DNA from: Candidatus Bathyarchaeia archaeon
Lineage (GTDB): Archaea; Thermoproteota; Bathyarchaeia; Bathyarchaeales; Bathycorpusculaceae
Length of the DNA: 64,000 nucleotides
Direction: 5' to 3'
NCBI GenBank assembly: GCA_050010755.1
Contig: JBEKKK010000001.1
Span: 736,001 to 800,000 of the forward strand
Of the stretch, positions 48,100-57,184 are shown one piece after another. The stretch's first letter is position 1; each line of letters opens with the position of its first letter. Below the pieces are notes generated by a model. The model was not told the DNA's origin, did not search any database, and was given only the letters and a program-made list of their open reading frames with translations. A program made the position numbers and the translations under genes.

Positions 48100-50031
48100 A
48101 TGTCGATTCATCTCCACACCACGATAACAAGAAAGACAAACGAAATGCTCGAAGAACTGGCAAAGACGTACGGCACCAAAAGCCACGTTCTTGAACAAGC
48201 CATAGAGACACTGCTAAGAGTTGAAAAAGTCGGCTCCTGCGACGATTGTGCAGTGAAGACAAAGATGAAAGAGCAGACAAATCTAAGAGAAGCGCTGGAC
48301 CTCATGTCTATTGACAAGCACACCATTGACAGTCTTTTGGAAGTAGCCATCGGCAACAAGACGATGAAAGACTTCGTCGCTGGACAGAAAGCAGAAGCAA
48401 AGAACACCGTCGAAATCCTGAAAGGCTCTGTTGCATGGCGAAAGCCCTCAAGCTTCAAAGAATTCATGATTATTCTGGAAGAGATAAAGAATCTCACCAG
48501 ACTCATCGACATCGCATCATTCAATGAACTAGACAACACTATAATCTTGAGAACAAGAGTTTTCAAGCAACTACCAGAGATCGCCGCCTTCCAGATAGCA
48601 ACTGTCCTTGAAGGCTTGCAAATTCCATTCGACATGCGGGTCATGGGAGAAGATATCGTGATCAAAATGACCAGAGAGGACCTTTACCTTATGAAGAAGA
48701 AGGACTTCAGAGAGTCCCTGAGCGAACAAATCGAAAAGCGGCTGCTCAACTCCATTCCGGGGCTTTTCAGAAACACGCTTATGCTGGTCGGGCCTGCTTT
48801 CATGAACTGGGCTGAAAAACACCTTGAAGAACCAATATCCGACTTCGGCTCTTTCCTTGAAGACGTCAGAGTTGCCACAGACTTGGGAGAACTCCCGAAA
48901 GAACCAAAAGAATTCGTGAAGAGTCTGCTGTCTGCCTTCATCAACATGAATTGGTTCAAGCAAGCAAAGATTCTGCAAGAGACCGACAACACCATGGAGG
49001 TCTCGTTTCAATCCACCACCACATCGGTGACGAAACTCTCCGTCGTGATGCTCTCCGTTCTCCTCGCAACCCGAGGCTGGAAATTGGTCAATTTTTCAGC
49101 AGAACAAACCACGGCCAACATCTCAATACAGTACGTGGGTTCTGGAGACTCTAGCCTGATGGACCAGATAGTCGAAGTCAGCCTGTATCAGACAATCGGC
49201 AAGCAGTTCCTAGACGCCATCCCAGTCCCGCGCGAGCTCTTGAACTCGTTTGCTTCAAAAGTGTACGACAGCAACAAGGAGAAATTCAACGAGATTTACC
49301 AGACGATGGGTGTTCGCGTAGCAAATGCTATACGGATGATGGCAAGAGACGACCCGGAAAAAATGAGAAAACTGGCGCAAACCTACGTCTCCAAGAACGC
49401 AGCATTCGCTCAGCCTGAAGCAGAAATCCGGTTTGTCGACAGCGAGCATTTCACGATAATTTTCAAGAAGATCGACCTGCTCGCAATTAACAGTCAGCGC
49501 GCGCTCGTCGAGTCCATGTTCAAGGAGCTCGGTTACGACATCTCCACAACGGTCTTCCAAAATCTTCTAAGCTTCAAGCTTAAGCAACTGGAAAAACCGG
49601 TTCTTGAATCCGTACCTCGCAAGAAAATGATGAAGGCCTTGATAGGTGAAATGTCGGCAAGCTGTGCTGATGAAGCTTTCGAAAATGGTAAAGGAACCAT
49701 TGATGAAACTTTTCCAGAGGACTATCCGTGGACGATTAGAGAAGTTGGGGATAGGATAATGGAGATGTACAGGGAACTCGACGTTGAGGTCGAAGTTGAA
49801 TACTTTGAGGGAGGCTTCACACTCAAGTACAAAACATGCCCCTACTACACGCTCGTCAAGTCAGGCCAGAAAACATGGCTCTGCAGTCTGCGAAAGAAAA
49901 CCCTAGACTACGTCATCTCCAGAGTCTCGCACGGAAAGAAAGCTAAAATAAAAATCATCAAGTCGCTGCTGAAGAACGAGCATCCATGCGAATACGCCGT
50001 GTTCCTAACAGGATTCTTGGAAGACAGCTAG
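48100..50031 (+). CDS. ribbon-helix-helix protein with repeated V4R/H-NOX-like ligand domains
   Basis: HLHTTI...LEELAKTYGTKSHVLEQAI (RHH), CDDC, C-terminal CPY...C...HPCEY. Confidence 0.65.
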   Translation: MSIHLHTTITRKTNEMLEELAKTYGTKSHVLEQAIETLLRVEKVGSCDDCAVKTKMKEQTNLREALDLMSIDKHTIDSLLEVAIGNKTMKDFVAGQKAEAKNTVEILKGSVAWRKPSSFKEFMIILEEIKNLTRLIDIASFNELDNTIILRTRVFKQLPEIAAFQIATVLEGLQIPFDMRVMGEDIVIKMTREDLYLMKKKDFRESLSEQIEKRLLNSIPGLFRNTLMLVGPAFMNWAEKHLEEPISDFGSFLEDVRVATDLGELPKEPKEFVKSLLSAFINMNWFKQAKILQETDNTMEVSFQSTTTSVTKLSVVMLSVLLATRGWKLVNFSAEQTTANISIQYVGSGDSSLMDQIVEVSLYQTIGKQFLDAIPVPRELLNSFASKVYDSNKEKFNEIYQTMGVRVANAIRMMARDDPEKMRKLAQTYVSKNAAFAQPEAEIRFVDSEHFTIIFKKIDLLAINSQRALVESMFKELGYDISTTVFQNLLSFKLKQLEKPVLESVPRKKMMKALIGEMSASCADEAFENGKGTIDETFPEDYPWTIREVGDRIMEMYRELDVEVEVEYFEGGFTLKYKTCPYYTLVKSGQKTWLCSLRKKTLDYVISRVSHGKKAKIKIIKSLLKNEHPCEYAVFLTGFLEDS

Positions 50032-50106
50032 GACGCGCACGTCGCCTAGACGCCCGCTAAGCTGTTCTGGCCGCGGCTTTTTCCAGTGCGGCGTGATAAT
50101 TGCGTT

Positions 50107-51591
50107 CTAGGAGTTGCTGTTGTGTGGGAGTAGTATGGCTCCTGTTCCGGGTGGGGCGGCTTGTTGGCTTGCGAGGCAGGCTAGGGCTAGGGCGAAGAGT
50201 TGATCGTCGTGTCGGCCGGGTGGGTGCCAGAATTTGAGGTGGATTCTTTCTCGTGCTGTTTTCGGTTGCAGGTACTCGTATTGTTGCTCGTTCATCTGGG
50301 TTACTAGTTGTCGGTCATCGGCGGGGATTTTGAGCAGGTTTTTTTCCATCAGGATTTTGAGGTGGTTGAGCATGTTTTCTTTTTCGATGTCGGTGAAGAA
50401 GACTCCGTTGACGTGTCCGACTTGGATGGCTTGGAGTTCGTCGACTACTGCGTCCCCTATGCCTGTTTTGTCTACGTAGAGGCTTTCGAAGTTGAAGATT
50501 TGGTGGGCTCTGGTCGCGTAGGCTACGACGCTGGGGTAGGGCGTGTCGAGGGGCAGCTGGCGTTTGTGAACGAGTCTAACTTCGCCTTTTTCGTTTTTTT
50601 GCACGATGACTAGGACGCTGTAGTCGACTTGTTTGCCGAGGTCCAAGCCGGCGTAGTGGGGTCCCTTGAGTTTTTGCGGGTTTGCTTTTTCGATGTCTTC
50701 GATGTAGACGACGGGCGATTTTGGGTTGCCGAGTTCTGGGTCTAAGCACTGGGCGATGAGGTCTAGAGGAAAGAACGTGTGGAGGGCTTCTGTCCAGAGG
50801 GCTTCTACTTCGCGTTTCCATTCTTCCTGTGTCATGACGTCGTGCCATTCGGCGAGTTGTTGGGGGCTTACGAGGGGGCTTGAGTGGCTTGGGTAGTGGT
50901 GGACCGAGTAGTGTGTCTTGTCGAGGAAGGTTTTGTGGAAGACGTGGTTGAAGGCCATGGGTGTGCCGCTCATGACTAGGCCGGCGTTGGGTTTGGTGAG
51001 CATCATCATTATTTCGCTGGTGATCATTTCGCTGGGAACGATGCTGGCTTCGTCTATGAACACCCAGTCTGGATGGTAGCCTCTGAGCTTGTCTGGGGAG
51101 CATGGGAGGGCGACGAGTCTTCCGCCAAGGGGCGGTCTGAGTTTGATGATGGTGCGGGTTGTTCCTGGACGCTGAATCATCTCCTTCATGAGCGGGTTGG
51201 CCATGACGGTGGAGTAGCAGTAGTCGAACATTATCATGCTCTGACGCTGAGTGCTGCTTACGATTAGACACTCTACCTTGGGCTTCGTGAACAGCAGCCA
51301 CAGGTTCTTCCTGCTTAAAACTAGGCTTTTGCCCCAGCCTCTTCCGCAAGCGGCAACGGTTCGCGGGCTTGAGTCTCTGAGCAGTTTCTGATGGTCTGGA
51401 GCTTGAACGAGCCACTTGTCTCCGCACATGAGCACGGCGAAGAAGACAGGATCATCGACGAGCCTGCGCGCCACTTGGGCATAGGAGAGGAGCTGTCTTA
51501 ACGCCTTCGGCTTTTGCCTCAGCCCTTCAGAAACCGAAGCCGCAAACTCTAGATCCGTGGTTACCTTTTCCGCGAAAGCCTTCTCTTCCAA
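50107..51591 (-). CDS. terL: terminase large subunit
   Basis: Walker A GRGWGKS, LRG, Walker B VFIDEAS, GTP, RNase H domain GLDLGKQVDYS, VDKTGIG, HDDQLFALALA. Confidence 0.92.
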   Translation of the reverse strand: MEEKAFAEKVTTDLEFAASVSEGLRQKPKALRQLLSYAQVARRLVDDPVFFAVLMCGDKWLVQAPDHQKLLRDSSPRTVAACGRGWGKSLVLSRKNLWLLFTKPKVECLIVSSTQRQSMIMFDYCYSTVMANPLMKEMIQRPGTTRTIIKLRPPLGGRLVALPCSPDKLRGYHPDWVFIDEASIVPSEMITSEIMMMLTKPNAGLVMSGTPMAFNHVFHKTFLDKTHYSVHHYPSHSSPLVSPQQLAEWHDVMTQEEWKREVEALWTEALHTFFPLDLIAQCLDPELGNPKSPVVYIEDIEKANPQKLKGPHYAGLDLGKQVDYSVLVIVQKNEKGEVRLVHKRQLPLDTPYPSVVAYATRAHQIFNFESLYVDKTGIGDAVVDELQAIQVGHVNGVFFTDIEKENMLNHLKILMEKNLLKIPADDRQLVTQMNEQQYEYLQPKTARERIHLKFWHPPGRHDDQLFALALACLASQQAAPPGTGAILLPHNSNS

Positions 51592-51866
51592 CGTCCGTAA
51601 TCCACCCTGACTCGTCTTGCGATTCTCGACTCAACGCTTTTGATGAAGTCGCCCAAACTTGTCTCGTTCAACTCGGCGTCCACGCCTTTCTGGGCGAGAA
51701 GCTTGCTCAAAACGCTCGCGTGATAAGCATAGGAGTTTGCTGCGCTGATCTTGTCTTTCGCTGAAAGTTTAGGGTTCTTCATCATGTTCTTCAAGTCGAG
51801 AAGAATTTCCCTTTCATCCTCTATGAGACTTTCAAGATTCACCGAATTCCGATATGTGTGCTCCAA
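51561..51866 (-). CDS. small helical protein overlapping terL (putative small terminase subunit)
   Basis: TTG start after GAGGGGGGAGG; 31-bp overlap with terL; basic C-terminal tail. Confidence 0.6.
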   Translation of the reverse strand: MEHTYRNSVNLESLIEDEREILLDLKNMMKNPKLSAKDKISAANSYAYHASVLSKLLAQKGVDAELNETSLGDFIKSVESRIARRVRVDYGRWKRRLSRKR

Positions 51867-51917
51867 CGACCTCCCCCCTCGGTCAACGATATGATCCAAA
51901 TATGATCCAAATATGAA
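51830..51917 (-). repeat. 88-bp terminase-operon leader, repeated at 431-518
   Basis: 84/88 identity. Confidence 0.95.
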
Positions 51918-52303
51918 ACACCAAACTCGCCGATGCACGCTCTCTAATCCACCTCAGACGAATTCTTCAGACGCACTTCGTGCACTCGGAAGCTAAGAAA
52001 CTATTACTTAGGCCCTGATTTTCAAACAAACACCATCAGTGAGAATTGCCCTTGCGTATTCGGCCAGCAAATCGCGCACCCTAAAATTCAATGTCTGCTG
52101 TTTGCAATGCATAAACTTACGTGACGCCACTCGAAGGCGGCAGGAGAATCAGCGAGCGTACCAATTAGTGTTCTTCGGGGCAGCTAAAAAGGATAGCGGC
52201 AAAACAACATCCCCAAGCAGCAGAGAGTGAAGTTAAAGTAAATCGAACCTCGGGAAACGCGCCTAATTCAAGTTGAACATGGCGGGGCGCACTTCTGTCT
52301 TTG

Positions 52304-54358
52304 TCACTTTATGGTGTAAGTGTAGTATTGTCCGTTGTTATCGTTGGTCACGTAACTTCCAGCGCTGGTGATTGCTTTGGTGACGTATTGAATCTGGGTT
52401 CCTGCCGATTGTCCTGGAATTGTTCCTTCCCAAGCTCCTGTGGCATTGTTGAATGTCATGTAGTCGAACGTCCACGCAGTACCGTTTATCTCCTTTACCG
52501 AGTAGCCGATATACACGAATTGTGGGGGTTCCTCTCCATTATTAACGGTTATGATCTGTGAGACCGTTACGTTCTGGTTCTCCTGCACGTCGTCTGCAGG
52601 CGGGTTTTGAGTGCATCGACCCATGGTCGGAGGTTGGACATAGACGAAGACGGGTTGCAGCGTATAGTTTGCGTTTAGAGTTATTATGATGAAGTTTTGC
52701 GATGTTGCCTGTTGACCGTTCAGTAGCCAGTGGCTGAAGATGTATCCGCTGTAAACGTCAGGCTTAGCGGTTACGTTTACCTGGGCGTTCTCGAGGTGGG
52801 TGTAGGTTCTGGGCGGAGGACTTGTGGTTCCGTTATCTGCCGGAAGGATGGTGAGAGCATAGGTTTCGTTGAGGCCGTAGGGGTTCATGAGCGGGTACAT
52901 GTCGACGTTGGAGTCGTCTGTTGTCCGGTAGGGCGTGTCGCCGATTCCGTCGCTGCCTGTGACGTTTTGACTAATACCGCTATAGTTGTCGCTTCCGGTG
53001 TAGCCGCTCCAGAAGTTTCCGCCTGAAGGATATCCGTTGTCAAGGGTGTTCGGAAGAAAATAGCCAAAGTACTGGAATTGGACTTGGTTGAGGTCGAAGT
53101 TGTTGTGAAAAATTGTTTCGTTAGTTGAGCCGTAGAGGAGTATCCCAGCCCAGTTTTGGAGCATGCTGTTTCCCACTATGTCGTTGAAATCTGAGTACCA
53201 GTCGAGTTCGATTGCTGCTCCGGAGTTAAGGGCGTTGCTGAAAAGGTAGTTGTCAAGTATCTTGTTGTTTGAAGCGTACCAGAAGTAGATGCCGCAGTTG
53301 CCGTTTGATGAAATGTTATTGTCGGAGATCGTGTTGCCTGTTGAGTATTCAAGAGCCTCGACACCGTTCGTGATGTTCAGGATCAGGTTGTTGTTTATGC
53401 TGCAACCAGTTGAGTTTTGAAGGTGAATGCCCGCTTCGAAGTCTCTGATGTCTACGTTCGTCACCGTGACGTTTTTTCTATCTGTCAAGTCTATTCCGGT
53501 TCCATTTCCAACCCCTTGAATTGTGTGGCCTGCTCCATCAATCACCGTGTTGTCCCTTTGTACGATGAGCGAAGCGTTGATGTCGTTGACCAGAAAATAC
53601 GTAGCGTTGTCCTGCGTGACGATTCCGCCGCTGCCCTGGATAGAGCCGTCAGGTCTGATGTAAACGAGCGGGTACTGTTTCGGATTCGCCGTTGGCTGAG
53701 CAGTGAAGTTAACAAGGGCCAAAACAATTATGAGCAGGGGAAGGAGAATGAGCAAAGTTGCACGTTTGACTCCCAGGAGCACACATGCAGACGTTGCCAA
53801 GAGCGCAACTCCCACAATGGATAGTTCGATTGTGAGGAATAAAGAAGAGTCGGGTTTTGTGACATATTCGCCTATTGATACTGGAAACTGAAAATCGCCA
53901 AACCCCGGCGTCTGGTCGTAGAACGGCATGACAAGATACCACGTTCCAGGCTTCGCGTCTACCCCAAGATTTCCCAAGGAAATCCCGTTTGGAGAGGATG
54001 TGAAAAAAGACTCGTCGCCGAGGCCAGTCTCGTCTTCGCTGAACAGTGTTCCTTTCTCGGTGACGTTGAAGCGCACTGTAACGTAGCCTTCGAGGAAATG
54101 CAGGACTGAGTGTTCACCGTTCAAGCCATTTGAGAGCTTGTCGAAGCTGGAGAACTCGTCTTGGTGGAACGTGACGTTTACGGATAGTAGTCTGTCCGGC
54201 TGAACAGTGCCGTTGATTATGTGGGCGGTCTGGTTCACGAGGAACTCTTGATCTTGGTAAGTCGGAAACCCATTTGTCTGATAATACTGAACCGGCAGGT
54301 TGAGTATCAGCAGGACGCCTACAATAAGGAGTAGCCATGCAAATTGCTTAACATTCAT
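52304..54358 (-). CDS. membrane protein with NosD/right-handed parallel beta-helix and Ig-like domains
   Basis: GIxL repeats with N ladders, GNFWSGY...DGIGDTPY...DMYPL; internal transmembrane pair. Confidence 0.8.
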   Translation of the reverse strand: MNVKQFAWLLLIVGVLLILNLPVQYYQTNGFPTYQDQEFLVNQTAHIINGTVQPDRLLSVNVTFHQDEFSSFDKLSNGLNGEHSVLHFLEGYVTVRFNVTEKGTLFSEDETGLGDESFFTSSPNGISLGNLGVDAKPGTWYLVMPFYDQTPGFGDFQFPVSIGEYVTKPDSSLFLTIELSIVGVALLATSACVLLGVKRATLLILLPLLIIVLALVNFTAQPTANPKQYPLVYIRPDGSIQGSGGIVTQDNATYFLVNDINASLIVQRDNTVIDGAGHTIQGVGNGTGIDLTDRKNVTVTNVDIRDFEAGIHLQNSTGCSINNNLILNITNGVEALEYSTGNTISDNNISSNGNCGIYFWYASNNKILDNYLFSNALNSGAAIELDWYSDFNDIVGNSMLQNWAGILLYGSTNETIFHNNFDLNQVQFQYFGYFLPNTLDNGYPSGGNFWSGYTGSDNYSGISQNVTGSDGIGDTPYRTTDDSNVDMYPLMNPYGLNETYALTILPADNGTTSPPPRTYTHLENAQVNVTAKPDVYSGYIFSHWLLNGQQATSQNFIIITLNANYTLQPVFVYVQPPTMGRCTQNPPADDVQENQNVTVSQIITVNNGEEPPQFVYIGYSVKEINGTAWTFDYMTFNNATGAWEGTIPGQSAGTQIQYVTKAITSAGSYVTNDNNGQYYTYTIK

Positions 54359-54454
54359 GTTTGCATCGCTATGGACAATTATGGGGTTGACGAGGGGAAA
54401 AACCTTACTGTGAAGAGCATCAGTCTGGGTGAAAAGACCGCGTGAGAGTGTTAA

Positions 54455-56427
54455 GGGGTAAAGTTTACCCCCAACCCAAAACGTTTTATTATGCTATTGT
54501 GTCTGATTGCACTAGACAATAGAATTATTAGTTGCAGTTGCGCGCGCGCTCGACACTGCATAAGGTTAGGGATGAAAGTCTGAATGAAATTGCTTATGAA
54601 TATAGGACACATAGTTATCATACTGTTTTTAATCGTCTTGTTTCTTATCAGGAGTTAATCAGTATTCTTGCATGGTTGTGTCTTTTCACAAAAGATACTA
54701 AGCTGATTACTTGGTATCTTCTCCAGAACATTAAAGGAACGTACACTCTTAGACTTGGATTCAAGGGAAAGAAGAAGCCTCCGAAAATCGTTTACCGCTT
54801 CGGCAATCAGGATAAGCAAATTGCAAAATACCTTTCTAATCGTTATTTCGTCCTCAATTTTCTAGCGCGCGCGAAAGAAAAGCAAAATAAGAAAGAGCGT
54901 GCGCTCATCATAAAATAATGGAGAGATTCGATGAAATTATTGTCTCTAGCATTATTAGTATTATTATGTACGTTCTGTGTTGTGATAGTAATTCCAGTAG
55001 TTTCTATTCCTAAAGTTCATGCTGATAGCAATTCAGCAGATGTAGTAACAATATCTCTTCTGTTAGAAACCAATAGTGATTTTGACCAATTAGCTGCTTG
55101 GTTACCTACTACTGGATATAAACAATTCACATTCGTTATAGATGATTTTCCTCCTACATACGCCTATATTCTCCATAATTCCACTAGGGTAAATATTCTC
55201 AAAACTTATGGAGAATTAATTCCAAGATTTGATTATATGCAGCAATACACTCCAGCACAAAGAGAAGCTCAAGTGAATCAAATTACTTCTGATTGGATAA
55301 CTTATGTTGGATATGCTCCAAAAGGATGTTTTGATTTTATTCCAGATACGTTTACAACAAATTATGCAAAATCTTTAGGATATATGTACATTGGTGGATA
55401 TTGTCAAGACCAATACGCTGTAGATGCAATAACCGAAATTGGAGGATGGCAAGAACCATATTATGCAAGTTCGTATAATATATTAGTTCCAGACAATTCT
55501 ACTACACAATGTACTGGAATGGTAGTTCTTCCTCACGCTACAGCAGATTGGATAGATAGTTATACTGTTTGGCAAGGATTGCAATTACATCCAATGAATA
55601 TAATGACCGAATTTAAGAATAATACTGCTGATGCTAGGACGTACTTTTATGCATTAATTAATGACACTTTGTTAGATGTTTCTCCTGTAAGTTTAGCCAA
55701 CATTCAATTTGAATGGGATTGGTGTGTTAATTATGGATTAACTAGCACAGTATCTACATGGATAAAAGGATTAGTTACTGGTACTTCTGCTGTTAGTGCT
55801 CATTATGAATTAACGGATTACACAGCATTCGTAATTTGGTTCAAGGCAACATATTCAACTAATCCTACTTATGAAGTGAAATTTACTTCTCCATATGATT
55901 CATCTGATACTATAGAATGGTATTGGAGTTCTCAATATCGTATTGCTAGAGTCAATGGAAAAGTGGTAGATTTCGTTGATTATAATATTCAAGCTCCAGA
56001 TAAGTTCTTAACAGAAAGTTTTGCCATAAACTGGACTAGACCAATGGATAATGACCCAGATAACTGCATAGATGATTCTCTTTTTGTAACTATTGCAGCA
56101 TTAGGTGGTGGGATGTTAAGATATCCAGCGATTAGTACACAAGAGATTCCGTACACTGGACTTTTGGCCGATTTTCCATCCACGCATTATAGACAAAGTA
56201 TCAATTCTATTAATGTTCCATTTATAGCTGCAGTAACGGCAGCGGCTGCAGCTATAATCGGAATGACTGCAGCGGTAGCTAAAGCCAAAAGCGCAAAAAG
56301 AACAAACAAGTGTAAAAAAAGTAATTTAATCTTTGAGCGCGCGCTAAAGTGGATTTATAAATAGATTACATAAAGCGGTGTAAAAAGTAAACTGGGTTGC
56401 GGTTGGGTTGGGGGTAAACTTTACCCC
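54455..56427. mobile_element. AT-rich cassette bounded by perfect 25-bp inverted repeats (non-autonomous element?)
   Basis: GGGGTAAAGTTTACCCCCAACCCAA at 54455-54479 and reverse complement at 56403-56427; no transposase inside. Confidence 0.6.
54931..56364 (+). CDS. secreted/membrane-anchored protein, possibly glycoside hydrolase/deacetylase barrel fold
   Basis: signal peptide, C-terminal hydrophobic anchor, VGYAPKG and GGWQEPYY; strongly AT-biased codons. Confidence 0.7.
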   Translation: MKLLSLALLVLLCTFCVVIVIPVVSIPKVHADSNSADVVTISLLLETNSDFDQLAAWLPTTGYKQFTFVIDDFPPTYAYILHNSTRVNILKTYGELIPRFDYMQQYTPAQREAQVNQITSDWITYVGYAPKGCFDFIPDTFTTNYAKSLGYMYIGGYCQDQYAVDAITEIGGWQEPYYASSYNILVPDNSTTQCTGMVVLPHATADWIDSYTVWQGLQLHPMNIMTEFKNNTADARTYFYALINDTLLDVSPVSLANIQFEWDWCVNYGLTSTVSTWIKGLVTGTSAVSAHYELTDYTAFVIWFKATYSTNPTYEVKFTSPYDSSDTIEWYWSSQYRIARVNGKVVDFVDYNIQAPDKFLTESFAINWTRPMDNDPDNCIDDSLFVTIAALGGGMLRYPAISTQEIPYTGLLADFPSTHYRQSINSINVPFIAAVTAAAAAIIGMTAAVAKAKSAKRTNKCKKSNLIFERALKWIYK

Positions 56428-56525
56428 CACACAGGAATGACGACGCGACGACGATAGAACATTTTGAATTTGTTCTAGCGCGCGCTAGAAATTATTTGCA
56501 GTTTAAGAGAAACTTAAGACGTTTT

Positions 56526-56981
56526 CTATGAGGTATGCTGCGCGCGCTTATCGTAATTGTGATTTGTACATTTCCGTTTTTGTTGAGAGAAATAAGAAGA
56601 ATTGGAGACGTTTCGTTTAACAGTTTTTAGCACGTGCGCTGTCTGTGTTGGTGGACTCGCCAAGCATAGGGCTAGGTCTTCGAGTGACAAAACAGTCCCT
56701 ACACCTAATAGCTTAAGAGAAAACGCGGAATAAGGGTAAACAACATATCGGGGAATTTGAGGGCCTAAAACGCTTAGAAACCCTGTATAATGATGATAAG
56801 TGGCTAATATTCCGCCTGCCAAGAGTAGCACGCCTGAAATTATTCCTGTGACAACAATTAGCCAAAAATCGCTTCTTTTCATATTATTCCCCGTCTTTTC
56901 CCTAATAAATGATATAGCCTCTTCAACTATTAGTCTTTCTGTTCTGCGCGCGCTTTCTCCATCCATACACTGTGATTTCAC
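56526..56981 (-). CDS. hypothetical membrane protein
   Basis: two hydrophobic segments; start uncertain. Confidence 0.35.
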   Translation of the reverse strand: MKSQCMDGESARRTERLIVEEAISFIREKTGNNMKRSDFWLIVVTGIISGVLLLAGGILATYHHYTGFLSVLGPQIPRYVVYPYSAFSLKLLGVGTVLSLEDLALCLASPPTQTAHVLKTVKRNVSNSSYFSQQKRKCTNHNYDKRAQHTS

Positions 56982-57184
56982 TTATTAGGAGAATGATAGC
57001 AAACATTCCAATGCAACCTGTTGCTAATGCTCCAAGTCCAGAACCGATATAACCATACTCTATTAGCGCGGGCTCTTTTCAAAAGCAAATTTCATAGAAA
57101 ATCCCTCAAGTTTCTTTTGAAGTGCAAATAATTCTTAGTCTCATTGTTCTGTTTTCCAAACTTGAAAACAGTCAACGCTCTTTC

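Noticed and set aside
50576-51427. Long alternative-frame ORFs (also 36344-37255, 39299-40024, 40249-40917, 63399-63938)
   Set aside because: Shadow frames of well-supported genes with no recognisable motifs.
54532-54918. 128-aa ORF inside the inverted-repeat cassette as a possible transposase
   Set aside because: No DDE, HUH or recombinase motif; TTG start inside a GC-repeat; cannot be supported.
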